NCBI GenBank assembly: GCA_963840935.1 | Contig: CAWJAS010000001.1 | Location: forward strand, 192,875-256,874 | Direction: 5' to 3' | Length of the DNA: 64,000 nucleotides | Source of the DNA: Candidatus Magasanikiibacteriota bacterium | GTDB taxonomy: Bacteria; Patescibacteriota; Patescibacteriia; Magasanikbacterales; GWA2-37-8 | Part shown: one piece after another, positions 1-10,579 of the stretch | How the letters are laid out: each line of letters begins with the position of its first letter | Position numbering within the stretch: the first letter of the stretch is position 1 | Made by a program: the position numbers and the translations under genes | Notes under the pieces: model-generated | What the model was told of the DNA's origin: nothing | The model's database searches: none | The model's input: the letters and a program-made list of their open reading frames with translations, nothing else

Positions 1-92
1 CGAGTGTTGTTGATTTATTGAATAATCAGGCGGTTATCATCAGCAAGATCGGTATTGAAGAAGTGGAAAAAGTTTTATCCAAAAAGGATTAA
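1..92 (+). CDS. rplD: 50S ribosomal protein L4, C-terminal part (5' truncated by window)
   Basis: Frame 3 reads SVVDLLNNQAVIISKIGIEEVEKVLSKKD*, like the L4 C-terminus; lies directly upstream of L23. Confidence 0.85.
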   Translation, partial: SVVDLLNNQAVIISKIGIEEVEKVLSKKD

Positions 93-104
93 TATCTAAA
101 TGAT

Positions 105-494
105 ATGGGATTATTAAAAAGAAAAAAAACACCGGTTGAAGAACCCGTAAAAAAGACCGAAGAAATAGCGCCTATCGGCGCGGTCATTTCCGGTAAGTCG
201 GCGGGCGGTGTAAAAAATAGCCGTTTGATAATTCGTCCTTTAGTTACTGAAAAGGCGGCGGTGGCTCAGAGCCAAAACAAATATTCTTTTATCGTCAATC
301 GAAACGCCGATAAATTGGAAGTTAAAAGAGCAATAAAAGAAATTTTTGGCGTTGAACCGATTAGTGTTAACATAATAAATGTTGATGGAAAAATAAGACG
401 TTTCGGGCAATCTAAAGGCAGAAAACAAGATTACAAAAAAGCGGTTATTACTTTGCCTAAAGGAAAATCCATTTCAGTTCACGAAGGTGTATAA
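105..494 (+). CDS. rplW: 50S ribosomal protein L23 with N-terminal extension
   Basis: IIRPLVTEKA, KYSFIV, YKKAVITL motifs; S10 operon position. Confidence 0.95.
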   Translation: MGLLKRKKTPVEEPVKKTEEIAPIGAVISGKSAGGVKNSRLIIRPLVTEKAAVAQSQNKYSFIVNRNADKLEVKRAIKEIFGVEPISVNIINVDGKIRRFGQSKGRKQDYKKAVITLPKGKSISVHEGV

Positions 495-504
495 ATGAAA
501 TATT

Positions 505-1350
505 ATGCCGATTAAAAAATACAAACCAACAACCAGCGGACGACGCTTTGCCAGCGTGGATGCTTTTTCCGATGTTACAAAACATAAGCCGGAAAAGTCT
601 TTGGTTAAAATATTGCACCCAAAATCAGGCAGAAATAATCAGGGTATTATTACCGTACGGCATAAATCGGGCGGAGCAAAAAAACTTTACCGTTTGGTTG
701 ATTTCAAACAAACAAAATTTAATGTCGAAGCGGAAGTTTTGGCCGTTGAGTATGATCCGAATCGTGGGCCGAGAATCGCTTTGATTAAATATGATGACGG
801 TGAAAAATCATATGTGCTTTGTCCGGAAGGTTTAAAAGTCGGTGATAAAATTGTTTCAACCGATAAAGCCATTGAAGCCAAAAATGGTGTGAGAATGTCT
901 CTTGAACATATTCCCGTCGGTTTGTTTGTCTATAACATTGAATTGACACCGGGTAAGGGCGGGCAATTGGTACGCGGAGCCGGTTTATCAGCGCAGTTGG
1001 TCGGCATAGAAAATGAATACGCCCAAATTAAATTGCCATCAGGAGAGATTAGGTCTGTAAAAAAGCAATGCGCCGCTTCAGTGGGTGTGATGAGCAACGC
1101 CGATAAGCGTTTGATCAGATATGGAAAAGCCGGAAGAATGCGCCACAGAGGTATTAAACCGACAGTAAAAGGTAAAAATATGAATCCGGTTGACCATCCG
1201 CATGGTGGTGGTGAAGGCCATTCTCCAATCGGTCAAAAACGTGGTCCTCAGACTGTTTATGGTAAAACCGCCATGGGCGTAAGAACCAGACAGAGGGGAA
1301 AATGGAGCGATAAATTTATTATTAAATCCAGACGAAAAAACAAGAAATAA
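505..1350 (+). CDS. rplB: 50S ribosomal protein L2
   Basis: [31 protein letters not shown]. Confidence 0.99.
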   Translation: MPIKKYKPTTSGRRFASVDAFSDVTKHKPEKSLVKILHPKSGRNNQGIITVRHKSGGAKKLYRLVDFKQTKFNVEAEVLAVEYDPNRGPRIALIKYDDGEKSYVLCPEGLKVGDKIVSTDKAIEAKNGVRMSLEHIPVGLFVYNIELTPGKGGQLVRGAGLSAQLVGIENEYAQIKLPSGEIRSVKKQCAASVGVMSNADKRLIRYGKAGRMRHRGIKPTVKGKNMNPVDHPHGGGEGHSPIGQKRGPQTVYGKTAMGVRTRQRGKWSDKFIIKSRRKNKK

Positions 1351-1351
1351 T

Positions 1352-1645
1352 ATGTCCAGAAGTTTAAAAAAAGGTCCTTACGTTGACCCTCGCGTGTTAA
1401 AAAAAGTGCAAGTGCAAAAAGATAGCGGTAAAAGAGACCCGATAAAAACATGGTCTCGCGCTTGCGTTATCTCACCCGAAATGGTTGGTTCGACTTTTTT
1501 GGTTCACAACGGCAAGGATTTTATCAATGTTTATATTGAGGAAGATATGGTCGGTCATCGTTTGGGTGAATTTTCGCCGACTCGCAAGTTTATAAATCAC
1601 GGCGGAAAGATGGCCAAAGGTCAGGATGCCGAAAAAAAGCAATAA
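1352..1645 (+). CDS. rpsS: 30S ribosomal protein S19
   Basis: [25 protein letters not shown]. Confidence 0.99.
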   Translation: MSRSLKKGPYVDPRVLKKVQVQKDSGKRDPIKTWSRACVISPEMVGSTFLVHNGKDFINVYIEEDMVGHRLGEFSPTRKFINHGGKMAKGQDAEKKQ

Positions 1646-1663
1646 TGAAATAAGAATTATTTT

Positions 1664-2041
1664 ATGACCAAGGAAGTTAAAGCCACATTAAGATTTTTAA
1701 AAATGGGACCGCGAAAAGTGCGGTTGATTGCCGATACTATGCGAGGCCATAAAGCGGTTATTTTGCTTGAGCGTTTGCCTTTAAAACATCAAAAAGCCGC
1801 TATTCCAATGCTCAAATTGTTAAAATCAGCGATTGCCAACGCCAAAATTAATCATAAATATGAAGCGGAAACTTTGCGTGTTAAGTCTGTTACGGTTGAC
1901 GGCGGACCGATGGTAAAGAGATGGATGCCAAAAGCGCATGGACGAGCGACGCCCTTAAGACAGAGAACATCGCATATTAATTTGGTTTTAATTTCCGAGG
2001 AGCCAAAAGCCAAAAAAATCAAAAAATCAGAAAAAAAATAA
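1664..2041 (+). CDS. rplV: 50S ribosomal protein L22
   Basis: PRKVRLIAD, LKSAIANA, VDGGP, RTSHI. Confidence 0.98.
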   Translation: MTKEVKATLRFLKMGPRKVRLIADTMRGHKAVILLERLPLKHQKAAIPMLKLLKSAIANAKINHKYEAETLRVKSVTVDGGPMVKRWMPKAHGRATPLRQRTSHINLVLISEEPKAKKIKKSEKK

Positions 2042-2087
2042 AAATAAAATATTATCTATAACAGTTTAGAAAATTGAATAATCAAAT

Positions 2088-2783
2088 ATGGGACACAAAG
2101 TACATCCGAAAATTCATCGCACACCATATATTTTCGCTTGGGACTCGAAATGGTTTGCCAAAAAAGAAAATTTACCGATTTTTTTGAAACAGGAAATCAA
2201 TATCCGAGCTTTTTTGGATAAGAAATTTAAGGATGCCGGCATCGACGCTGTCTCTATTGAACGTTCGCCAAAAGAAATGACTGTAACCATACTCGCGGCA
2301 AAGCCGGGTGTTATTATCGGCCGTTCAGGCCAAGGGGTAGAAGTGGTGCGTAAAGAAATTGAAAAAAAATATTTACAGCAAAAATTAAGAGTTAAATTAA
2401 ATATCATTCCTTTAAAACAGCCGGCATTATCGGCCGCCGTGGTGGCGCAAGGTTGCGCTTCGGAGATTGAAAGGCGTTTGCCTTTCCGCCGGGTTATGAA
2501 ACAGGCTATCGAAAGAGTAATGGTCGCCGGTGCCAAGGGAGTGAAAATAAATATGGCTGGACGATTAAACGGCGTGGAAATCGCCCGAAGGGAAGTGCTT
2601 TCAGCCGGGAAAATGTCTTTGATCACCTTTCGAAGCGATGTTGATTATGCGATCACTGAAGCACAAACAATATATGGTAAAATCGGCGTAAAAGTATGGA
2701 TTTATCACGGCGAAGCTTTTGGCCGTCGTGATAAGTTTGATAAAAAAACAGACAAGGAAGAAACGAAAAATATAAATAAATAA
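2088..2783 (+). CDS. rpsC: 30S ribosomal protein S3
   Basis: [17 protein letters not shown] domain, [20 protein letters not shown]. Confidence 0.99.
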   Translation: MGHKVHPKIHRTPYIFAWDSKWFAKKENLPIFLKQEINIRAFLDKKFKDAGIDAVSIERSPKEMTVTILAAKPGVIIGRSGQGVEVVRKEIEKKYLQQKLRVKLNIIPLKQPALSAAVVAQGCASEIERRLPFRRVMKQAIERVMVAGAKGVKINMAGRLNGVEIARREVLSAGKMSLITFRSDVDYAITEAQTIYGKIGVKVWIYHGEAFGRRDKFDKKTDKEETKNINK

Positions 2784-2790
2784 AAAATGT

Positions 2791-3201
2791 ATGTTGATGC
2801 CTAAAAAAGTTGCACACCGCAAATGGCATAAAGGACGTAGACGAGGTTTGGGTGTGGCGACAAGAATAAATTCATTGGCCTTTGGAGAATATGGCTTAAA
2901 AAGCGATAGTCACGGTTGGGTTACAAGCCGTCAAATTGAATCAGCCAGACGCGTTTTGACTCGTTATGTCAGACGTGGAGGTAAGATTTGGATTCGTATT
3001 TTTCCGGATAAGCCAGTAACCAAAAAAGGAAATGAACAGCCGATGGGCGGTGGAAAAGGAGCGCCGGATCATTTTATCGCCGTAATCAAACCGGGCACCG
3101 TGCTTTTTGAAATGGGCGGAGTCACAAAAATTAACGCTCAAGAAGCGATTAAATTCGCCAGTTATAAATTGGGTATCAAAACAAAATTTATTGAAAAATA
3201 A
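2791..3201 (+). CDS. rplP: 50S ribosomal protein L16
   Basis: [34 protein letters not shown]. Confidence 0.99.
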   Translation: MLMPKKVAHRKWHKGRRRGLGVATRINSLAFGEYGLKSDSHGWVTSRQIESARRVLTRYVRRGGKIWIRIFPDKPVTKKGNEQPMGGGKGAPDHFIAVIKPGTVLFEMGGVTKINAQEAIKFASYKLGIKTKFIEK

Positions 3202-3206
3202 TTTGA

Positions 3207-3401
3207 ATGAATATGGATTTTGATGAAATTAAAAATTTAAATGTTACGGAACTCAAAGAACTGCTTGAAAAACAAGCCGGTGAATTGCGCGAACTGCGTT
3301 TTAAAGTTAATAATCAGCAATTAAAAACAGTGCATAAGATTAAAGAAACGAGAAAAACGATTGCCAGAATAAAAACTCTATTAAAAAATAAAACAAAATA
3401 A
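3207..3401 (+). CDS. rpmC: 50S ribosomal protein L29
   Basis: ELRELRF...KIKETRKTIARIKT; operon position. Confidence 0.95.
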   Translation: MNMDFDEIKNLNVTELKELLEKQAGELRELRFKVNNQQLKTVHKIKETRKTIARIKTLLKNKTK

Positions 3402-3410
3402 AGCCGTTTT

Positions 3411-3677
3411 ATGAATACAGTAACTAACAAAAAAACAATCGCGCGTGAATTTTCTGGAATTGTATATTCTGTTGCCATGGATAAGACGATTACGGTTGTG
3501 ATTGAAAGGCGCAAATTGCACCCGAAATATAAAAAGTATTATCGCGTTTCCGATAAATACCATGTTCATGACGAAAAAAATGAAGCAAAAAAGGGTGACA
3601 AAGTAAGGTTCGTGGAATGCCGACCGATATCCAAAACAAAGAGATGGCGATTGTTAGAAATTTTGAAAAAACAATAA
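3411..3677 (+). CDS. rpsQ: 30S ribosomal protein S17
   Basis: MDKTITV, HPKYKK, HDEKN, ECRPISKTKRW. Confidence 0.98.
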   Translation: MNTVTNKKTIAREFSGIVYSVAMDKTITVVIERRKLHPKYKKYYRVSDKYHVHDEKNEAKKGDKVRFVECRPISKTKRWRLLEILKKQ

Positions 3678-3688
3678 ATTAGAAATGT

Positions 3689-4060
3689 ATGATTCAACAC
3701 CGCTCAATGTTAGTAGTAGCTGATAATAGTGGCGCAAAACGCTTGCAGTGTTTGCGCGTGCTTGGCGGTTATAAAAAACGATACGCGCGCTTGGGAGACG
3801 TAATTACTTGTTCGGTAAAAATGGCCGCGCCACGAGGTTTGGTTAAAAAAGGCGAAGTGGTCCATGCCGTTATTGTCCGTCAGCGCAAAGAAACAAGACG
3901 CAAAGACGGTACCTACATTCGTTTTGACGAAAATGCCGCGGTAATTATTGATAAAAAATCAAAAGAACCGAAGGGTTCGCGCATTTTTGGGCCGGTTGCT
4001 CGCGAATTGAGAAGCAACGGTTATCAAAAAATTATTTCTTTGGCACCGGAAGTTCTTTAA
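3689..4060 (+). CDS. rplN: 50S ribosomal protein L14
   Basis: [29 protein letters not shown]. Confidence 0.99.
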   Translation: MIQHRSMLVVADNSGAKRLQCLRVLGGYKKRYARLGDVITCSVKMAAPRGLVKKGEVVHAVIVRQRKETRRKDGTYIRFDENAAVIIDKKSKEPKGSRIFGPVARELRSNGYQKIISLAPEVL

Positions 4061-4111
4061 TCAGTAACTAAATTTATTTATAAATAGAACGGTTTATTAA
4101 TAAGGGCGAAT

Positions 4112-4420
4112 ATGAAAATTAAAACAAATGACAAAGTAAAAATAATTACCGGGAAAGATGCCGGCAAAGAGGGTAAGGTAATTCAGGTTTTTTCCGACTC
4201 CAATAAAATAGTTGTTGAAGGCGCTAACCTTATGAAAAAACACATGCGTCCCAGACAAAAAGGCGAAAAGGGTCAGATTATTGAATTATCCGCTCCGTTG
4301 AATGCGTCAAACGCCATGGTAATTTGTGAAAAATGCGGAAAACCGACACGCCTTGGTTATAAACTTGACGGTGATGTCAAAAAAAGATTTTGTAAAAAAT
4401 GCAAAGAATTTATCGCTTAA
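4112..4420 (+). CDS. rplX: 50S ribosomal protein L24
   Basis: KOW motif DKVKIITGKDAGKEGKV; VVEGAN; two CxxC pairs near the C-terminus. Confidence 0.98.
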   Translation: MKIKTNDKVKIITGKDAGKEGKVIQVFSDSNKIVVEGANLMKKHMRPRQKGEKGQIIELSAPLNASNAMVICEKCGKPTRLGYKLDGDVKKRFCKKCKEFIA

Positions 4421-4424
4421 TATT

Positions 4425-4967
4425 ATGACTCCTAATTTATACGCAAAATACAAGAAAGAAATCGCGCCGGCCATGAAAAAAGAGCTTGGCTATAAAAGCG
4501 TGATGCAGGTTCCGAAGATAACAAAAATTGTTATCAATGTTGGCGTGGGAAAGTTTTTAAAGGAGCCAAATTATATTGAAAATGTTGAAAAGACATTAAA
4601 AAACATCACCGGGCAAAAGCCTGTTCGCACAAAATCCAAGAAAGCAATTTCTAACTTCAAGATTCGCGAGAATATGGATATTGGGGTGGTGGTTACTTTG
4701 CGAGGGCCGAAAATGTATTTCTTTTTAGAAAAATTATTGTCCGTAACATTGCCAAGAACACGCGACTTTCGTGGAATTTCTGCAAAATCTTTCGATAAAA
4801 GCGGTAATTATAATTTGGGTTTTAAAGAAAATATCGCCTTTCCGGAAATTAAAGCGGCTGAAATTGAAAAAAGCCATGGCTTGCAGATAGTGTTTGTCAC
4901 TAACGCAAAATCAAAAGATGAAAGCAAAATGCTCTTGGAAAAATTCGGTTTTCCCTTTGTAAAGTAA
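4425..4967 (+). CDS. rplE: 50S ribosomal protein L5
   Basis: VPKITKIVINVGVG, ITGQKP, LPRTRDFRG; start moved to ATG 4425 to avoid overlap with rplX. Confidence 0.97.
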   Translation: MTPNLYAKYKKEIAPAMKKELGYKSVMQVPKITKIVINVGVGKFLKEPNYIENVEKTLKNITGQKPVRTKSKKAISNFKIRENMDIGVVVTLRGPKMYFFLEKLLSVTLPRTRDFRGISAKSFDKSGNYNLGFKENIAFPEIKAAEIEKSHGLQIVFVTNAKSKDESKMLLEKFGFPFVK

Positions 4968-4976
4968 TATTCTATT

Positions 4977-5162
4977 ATGGCTACCCAATCGCAAATAGCA
5001 AAATCTAATCGTAAACCAAAATTTTCAACACGGATAGTTCGCCGATGCTGGAAATGCGGGCGTCAACACGGATTTTTCAGAAAATTCGGTTTGTGCCGTA
5101 TTTGCTTTCGCGAATTAGCCAATGCCGGAAAAATTCCAGGCGTTCGAAAATCAAGTTGGTAA
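4977..5162 (+). CDS. rpsN: 30S ribosomal protein S14 (short zinc-binding type Z)
   Basis: RCWKCGR...[21 protein letters not shown]. Confidence 0.98.
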   Translation: MATQSQIAKSNRKPKFSTRIVRRCWKCGRQHGFFRKFGLCRICFRELANAGKIPGVRKSSW

Positions 5163-5199
5163 TAATCAATATAATCAAATAAATTATCTATAAAATGTT

Positions 5200-5589
5200 A
5201 TGATGACCGATCCTATCGCTGACATGTTAACCAGAATCAGGAACGCCTCAATGGTTCATAAAAAAGAGGTGGCTTTGCCATATTCAAAAATCAAATTGGC
5301 CATTGCCGAAATTTTGGTTCGTGAGGGCTTTTTGGAAAAAATTGAAGTTTCCGAAGATAAAAAGCCACAGATTTTGATAACATTAAAATATCAAGGTCGC
5401 GAATCGGCGATTAATTCTTTAAAAAGAATATCAAAACCGGGGCATCGCCAATATGTAAAATCTACCGAGATTGGCAAAGTGCTTAATGGTTTTGGTTTGG
5501 CTATCATATCAACGCCAAAAGGGGTAATGACTCACGCAGAAGCCAAGAAAGAAAAGATTGGCGGGGAATTGATTTGCGAGGTGTATTAA
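5200..5589 (+). CDS. rpsH: 30S ribosomal protein S8
   Basis: TDPIADMLTRIRNA, RISKPG, ISTPKGVMT, GGELIC. Confidence 0.99.
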   Translation: MMTDPIADMLTRIRNASMVHKKEVALPYSKIKLAIAEILVREGFLEKIEVSEDKKPQILITLKYQGRESAINSLKRISKPGHRQYVKSTEIGKVLNGFGLAIISTPKGVMTHAEAKKEKIGGELICEVY

Positions 5590-5615
5590 TTTGTTACCAT
5601 AAATAAATAAAAAAT

Positions 5616-6161
5616 ATGTCCCGTATCGGCAAAAAAATTATAACTATTTCCGAAGGAATTACCGTTGAATTGAAGGGTAATAATTTAGTTGTTAAAGGCC
5701 CGAAAGGCGAATTGAAACAGCGAGTTCATCCGCGCGTTAATATTGGAATTAAAGATAATGAAATAACTATTGGCGTGGCAAATGAAAATCTCAAAAAAGA
5801 CCGCGCTCTTTGGGGTACATTCGCGAGCATTACGATTAATATGATTAAGGGTGTTTCCGAAGGTTATAAAAAACAACTGGAAATTAACGGTGTCGGTTAT
5901 AAGGCGAACATGAAGGGCGACACACTGGTTTTGGATGTCGGTTATTCTCACCAAGTTGAATTTAAAGCCCCTGAGGGAATTAAATTATCGGTTGAAAAAA
6001 ATCTTATTACCGTCGAAGGGATTGATAAACAAGTTGTTGGTGAAACCGCCGCTCAGATAAGAAAAATAAAAAAACCTGAGCCGTATAAAGGCAAAGGAAT
6101 AAAGTATTTAGATGAAGTGGTGCGCCGTAAAGCGGGTAAGACTGCAGCTAAATCTTCATAA
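5616..6161 (+). CDS. rplF: 50S ribosomal protein L6
   Basis: MSRIGKK, VKGPKGEL, PEPYKGKGIKY. Confidence 0.99.
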   Translation: MSRIGKKIITISEGITVELKGNNLVVKGPKGELKQRVHPRVNIGIKDNEITIGVANENLKKDRALWGTFASITINMIKGVSEGYKKQLEINGVGYKANMKGDTLVLDVGYSHQVEFKAPEGIKLSVEKNLITVEGIDKQVVGETAAQIRKIKKPEPYKGKGIKYLDEVVRRKAGKTAAKSS

Positions 6162-6172
6162 AGATTAATTTT

Positions 6173-6556
6173 ATGTCCAGCAATATAAACAGCCAATCAA
6201 GAAATCAGGTAAGAAGCGTAAGACACGCGCGTGTTAGAGCGAAAGTCAAAGGCACCGCCGATCGTCCCAGATTATCGGTTTTTCGAAGTATTAAAAGCAT
6301 TTATCTGCAGATTATTGACGATGTAACCGGAAAAACCGTTTGTCAGGCGAATTCTGAAGAATTAAAAAATGCCAAAACAAAAGTAGAAGGTCGCGAAGGA
6401 AAGGTTGCTTTAGCCTATCTGACCGGTAAGAAAATTGCCGAACGCGCCAAAGAAAAAGGAGTGAAAGAAATTGTTTTTGACAGAGGCGGATATCGTTATC
6501 ACGGACGCGTCGCGGCAGTTGCCGACGGAATGCGCGAGGGCGGACTAATATTTTAA
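6173..6556 (+). CDS. rplR: 50S ribosomal protein L18
   Basis: RPRLSVFRS, FDRGGYRYHGRV. Confidence 0.99.
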   Translation: MSSNINSQSRNQVRSVRHARVRAKVKGTADRPRLSVFRSIKSIYLQIIDDVTGKTVCQANSEELKNAKTKVEGREGKVALAYLTGKKIAERAKEKGVKEIVFDRGGYRYHGRVAAVADGMREGGLIF

Positions 6557-6577
6557 TCGCCAAATAATCTCATAAAT

Positions 6578-7114
6578 ATGAAACCAATGCGGAAAAAAAG
6601 CAATCGACCCAAACGGGATGAAAAAAAGGAATTTGACCAGCATATTTTGGACCTGGCCAGAGTTACTCGTGTCACCAAAGGCGGAAAACACCTGAGTTTT
6701 CGTGCCTGCGTTGTTATTGGCGACAGAGCCGGACGCGTGGGCTTTGGCGTAGCTAAGGGCAAAGATGTGCAATTGGCGGTAGATAAATCCAGCCGTCAGG
6801 CAAAAAAGAATATTATTAAAGTACCGATTGTCAGAGAAACAATTCCGCATCAGATTTTATCAAAATATAAAGCGGCAAAAGTATTGCTCAAACCGGCGCC
6901 TGTCGGTTCCGGTATTATCGCCGGAGGAGCGGTGCGAACAGTTTTGGAGTTAGCTGGAATTCCCAATATTTCATCCAAAATTTTATCAAAAACAAAAAAT
7001 AAAATTACTGTGGTTAAAGCCACTTTTGAAGCCCTAAAAAGTTTCATGAAAAATAACGAAAAAGTGGTTCAAATTAAAATTGAAAACAAAGAAGATGAAA
7101 ATATTTCTGAATAA
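6578..7114 (+). CDS. rpsE: 30S ribosomal protein S5
   Basis: RVTRVTKGG, LKPAPVGSGIIAGG. Confidence 0.98.
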   Translation: MKPMRKKSNRPKRDEKKEFDQHILDLARVTRVTKGGKHLSFRACVVIGDRAGRVGFGVAKGKDVQLAVDKSSRQAKKNIIKVPIVRETIPHQILSKYKAAKVLLKPAPVGSGIIAGGAVRTVLELAGIPNISSKILSKTKNKITVVKATFEALKSFMKNNEKVVQIKIENKEDENISE

Positions 7115-7122
7115 ATATAAAT

Positions 7123-7626
7123 ATGAAACTGACTTTACACACAATTAAACCGTCCAAGGGGTCCAAAAAATCCAAAAAAAGAGTTGGTCGCGGTAACGCT
7201 TCCGGCCACGGAACATATTCCACTCGCGGTGGAAAAGGTCAGACCGCTCGCTCGGGTGGCAGTCATCGTTTGCGTCTCAAAGCTTTCAAGCGCTTGATGC
7301 AATCGACTCCGAAATTACGCGGTTTCAAAAGTTTGAATGAAAAACCGGCTGAAGTTAGTTTGGCAAAATTGGAAAAATATTTTGACAATGGAGCTGTTGT
7401 GAATATCGCCGTGCTGAAAGAGAAAAAATTAATCGGTGTCGGGCAAAAAAAGGCAAAGATTTTGGTTAAAGGAGAAATTACAAAAAAATTAATAATTGAT
7501 GGAATCGCTTGCACAAAATCAGCCAAAGAAATGATTGAAAAGGCCGGTGGTGAAGTCAAAACAGCGGTAGTTGAAAAGCCTGAAATTAAAAAAGGAAAAA
7601 AAGTTAAAGCAACCGATGCTGAATAA
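7123..7626 (+). CDS. rplO: 50S ribosomal protein L15
   Basis: KRVGRGNASGHG...RGGKGQTARSG, IEKAGG. Confidence 0.98.
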   Translation: MKLTLHTIKPSKGSKKSKKRVGRGNASGHGTYSTRGGKGQTARSGGSHRLRLKAFKRLMQSTPKLRGFKSLNEKPAEVSLAKLEKYFDNGAVVNIAVLKEKKLIGVGQKKAKILVKGEITKKLIIDGIACTKSAKEMIEKAGGEVKTAVVEKPEIKKGKKVKATDAE

Positions 7627-7698
7627 GATTGGTGATTGAATTAAGATGATTTTGAGTGTATTATTGGATTACAGAGTTTATTTTATTGGTTAAATACT

Positions 7699-8976
7699 AT
7701 GTGGGAAAAAATAAGCCAAATTTGGAAAATAAAAGACGTACGCAAAAATATTTTAATAGTTTGCGGTTTGCTTGCTATCTATAGATTGGTGGTACATATT
7801 CCCGTACCTGGTGTTAATATTGATAATTTGCGTGATTTTTTATCCGGACAGCAAATTTTTCAACTTCTTGATGTGTTTTCCGGTGGCACGGTAAAGAATT
7901 TTTCATTGATCATGCTTGGCGTGGCTCCATATATTACTTCCTCGATTATTTTTCAGTTGTTGACCATGATTGTGCCGAAATTGGAAGAAATGCAAAAAGA
8001 AGGGGAATCGGGGCAAGCGAGAATCAACATGTATACTCGCTGGCTCACGGTACCGCTCGCATTTTTGCAATCATACGCCATGATAAGATTTTTGGCCGGC
8101 TCGTCAAATGATATTTTACCGGCTGATTTGGGGGGCATGGGAATGCTTACAATAATGTTCAGTATTACCGGTGGAACTATGTTTTTGGTTTGGATCGGTG
8201 AATTGATTTCCGAGAGAAAGGTTGGCAACGGTATTTCATTGTTAATCTTTGCCGGTATCGTGGCTTCTTTGCCGTCTGTTTTGGCCGGTGCGGTTGCCAA
8301 TTATACATCAGCGGATTTTTATACATTTATTATGTTTGGCGCGATAACCATAGCCACAGTAGTTGGCGTGGTATTTATTAACGAAGGACAAAGAAAAATT
8401 CCGGTTAATTATGCCAAACAAGTAAGAGGAACCCGTGTTTTTGGCGGAGGCACAACGCATTTGCCGATTCGCGTTAATATGGCCGGTGTTATTCCGATTA
8501 TCTTTGCCATTTCTTTGGTTATGGTCCCGCCGATGATAGCCCAGTTTTTTGTTTCGGCGAAGGCGGAATGGTTAAAGGATACAGCCATGTTTGTTATCAG
8601 AATTTTTAACAATCAGGCTTTTTACGGCATACTGTATTTCTTATTGGTTTTTGGTTTTACATTTTTCTACACCTCGGTAATTTTTAATCCTCACAAAGTT
8701 GCGGAGAATTTGCAAAAGAATGGCGGTTTTATTCCCGGAATCAGACCGGGTAAAGAAACTGAGGGGTATCTTACTTCAATTGTCAGTCGGATAAATCTTG
8801 TTGGCGCCAGCTTTTTGGGCTTGATTGCCGTTTTGCCTTTACTTTTACGCGCGGTTAGTGGTTCGCAGGTTTTAACAATCGGTGGCACCTCACTTTTAAT
8901 CGTTGTGGCGGTTGCCATTGAATCAGCCAAACAAATTGAATCGCAAGTGACAATGCACGAATACGACCGGGTTTAA
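7699..8976 (+). CDS. secY: Preprotein translocase subunit SecY
   Basis: About 10 TM segments; LGVAPYITSSII, GNGISLLIFAGI, FIPGIRPG, GGTSLLI. Confidence 0.99.
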   Translation: MWEKISQIWKIKDVRKNILIVCGLLAIYRLVVHIPVPGVNIDNLRDFLSGQQIFQLLDVFSGGTVKNFSLIMLGVAPYITSSIIFQLLTMIVPKLEEMQKEGESGQARINMYTRWLTVPLAFLQSYAMIRFLAGSSNDILPADLGGMGMLTIMFSITGGTMFLVWIGELISERKVGNGISLLIFAGIVASLPSVLAGAVANYTSADFYTFIMFGAITIATVVGVVFINEGQRKIPVNYAKQVRGTRVFGGGTTHLPIRVNMAGVIPIIFAISLVMVPPMIAQFFVSAKAEWLKDTAMFVIRIFNNQAFYGILYFLLVFGFTFFYTSVIFNPHKVAENLQKNGGFIPGIRPGKETEGYLTSIVSRINLVGASFLGLIAVLPLLLRAVSGSQVLTIGGTSLLIVVAVAIESAKQIESQVTMHEYDRV

Positions 8977-8996
8977 AATAATTCTTGAATTTGAAC

Positions 8997-9020
8997 AACC
9001 GGCGTTAATCGCCGGTTTTT
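8997..9020 (+). terminator. Intrinsic terminator after secY
   Basis: AACCGGCG-TTAAT-CGCCGGTT followed by a T run. Confidence 0.8.
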
Positions 9021-9087
9021 GATTGAAAAAACTAGTTAAATTTGGTACTATAGTAGCGTAAAAATTATTAAGAAATTAGCCAAAAAT

Positions 9088-9759
9088 GTGAAAAAAATTA
9101 TTTTTTTTGTCGGACCTCCGGGTTGCGGCAAGGGCACACAAGCCAAGAAAATAGCCAAAAAGAATCAGTATTTGCATGTTTCAACCGGAGATTTAATCCG
9201 TTCAATTGCCATTGACCCGGATGCCAGCGAGGCGGAAAAATCGATTCTTAGCGAAGTAAATACGCGGGGTAAATTGGCACCCGATTGGTTTGTTTGTGGA
9301 TTAATTTTTAGAACAATTGAAAGATTTCTAAAAAAACAAGATTACAAGGGAATCATTTTTGATGGCGCCATTCGGACGCTTGAACAAGCGATGCGAGTGA
9401 GTCAGTATTTGGAAACGAAAGATTTGGATAAAAGCTCTTTGGTAGTGGCTATTATGATTAGTGATGAAGAAGCGTTTAATCGTTTGACCAAAAGGCGGGT
9501 GTGCGTTAATTGCCGTGAAATTATTCCGTGGCTCGAAACTACAAAAAAAATCGTTGTTTGTCCTCAGTGCGGTGGTGATTTGCAAGTGAGGCCGGATGAT
9601 AAAGAAGAAACGATTAAAAAAAGGATTAAAGAGCAAGGAAATAGTGCGTTGATGAAAATTCTTGAATATTATGAGCGTTTGGGAATATTAAAAATGATAA
9701 ACGGGGAGCAACCCATTGAAGATGTGGCGCGAGATGTTGAAAAAACATTGGTTAAATAA
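9088..9759 (+). CDS. adk: Adenylate kinase (zinc LID type)
   Basis: GPPGCGKGTQA P-loop, HVSTGDLIR, CxxC...CxxC LID, RPDD; promoter-like TTGAAA-17-TACTAT at 9023-9051. Confidence 0.93.
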   Translation: MKKIIFFVGPPGCGKGTQAKKIAKKNQYLHVSTGDLIRSIAIDPDASEAEKSILSEVNTRGKLAPDWFVCGLIFRTIERFLKKQDYKGIIFDGAIRTLEQAMRVSQYLETKDLDKSSLVVAIMISDEEAFNRLTKRRVCVNCREIIPWLETTKKIVVCPQCGGDLQVRPDDKEETIKKRIKEQGNSALMKILEYYERLGILKMINGEQPIEDVARDVEKTLVK

Positions 9760-9767
9760 TTTATTGC

Positions 9768-10568
9768 ATGACTATCAAGACAAAAGATGAAATTAAAGTT
9801 TTGGCGGAAGGCGGAGAAATACTCGGCCGGGTTTTGTCTAACTTGATAAAAATGTGTTCCGTCGGGGTATCAACCTTGACTATCGATCAGGCGGCGGAGG
9901 AAATGATTTTATCGGCCGGCGGTCGTCCGTCTTTTAAAAATTATAAAAGCAGACCTTCCGACAAACCGTTTCCCGCCACAATTTGTTCGTCTTTGAATAG
10001 CGAGATTGTTCATGGAATTCCAAGTAAAGAAATAAAATTAAAAAATGGCGATATTTATTCCATAGATATTGGGATGGAGTGGCCGGTTGCAAAAAAGCAA
10101 CGCGGTTTATTTACCGACACCGCTGTAACGGTAGTGATCGGCAAAGTGCCAAAAAAGACCCACAAACTTATGAGCGTAACGGCCGATGCTTTGGAAGCCG
10201 GAATTAAGGCAATTAAGCCGGGTGTGAGTGTGGCTCAAATTGGCAGAGCAATAGAGCAATATGTGTTAAAACAGGGTAAATACGGCATAATTAGGGATTT
10301 ATCGGGGCATGGAGTCGGGTATGAGGTGCATGAAGACCCGTGGGTGCCAAATTATTACGACAGACGATTGGAGAGCCAAATTTTGAAGCCGGGCATGGTT
10401 CTTGCTCTTGAACCGATGATTACTTTGGGTGGCTATGAAATAGTTGTGGCAAAAGATGGTTGGACCATTGAAACGGCAGACAAATCTCTTTGCGCGCATT
10501 ATGAGCATACAGTGGCCGTGACTGAAACGGGCAGTCAGGTATTAACCAGACGACCGGAGGAATTGTAA
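9768..10568 (+). CDS. map: Methionine aminopeptidase type I
   Basis: EIVHGIP, SIDIG, DTAVT, GHGVG..VHEDP, LEPMI, AHYEHT. Confidence 0.98.
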   Translation: MTIKTKDEIKVLAEGGEILGRVLSNLIKMCSVGVSTLTIDQAAEEMILSAGGRPSFKNYKSRPSDKPFPATICSSLNSEIVHGIPSKEIKLKNGDIYSIDIGMEWPVAKKQRGLFTDTAVTVVIGKVPKKTHKLMSVTADALEAGIKAIKPGVSVAQIGRAIEQYVLKQGKYGIIRDLSGHGVGYEVHEDPWVPNYYDRRLESQILKPGMVLALEPMITLGGYEIVVAKDGWTIETADKSLCAHYEHTVAVTETGSQVLTRRPEEL

Positions 10569-10579
10569 ATAATTATATT

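Noticed and set aside
4326-4424. N-terminal extension of L5 (and similar extensions on mutM, clpC, the SDR gene)
   Set aside because: Artefacts of longest-ORF calling; family-typical starts lie downstream.
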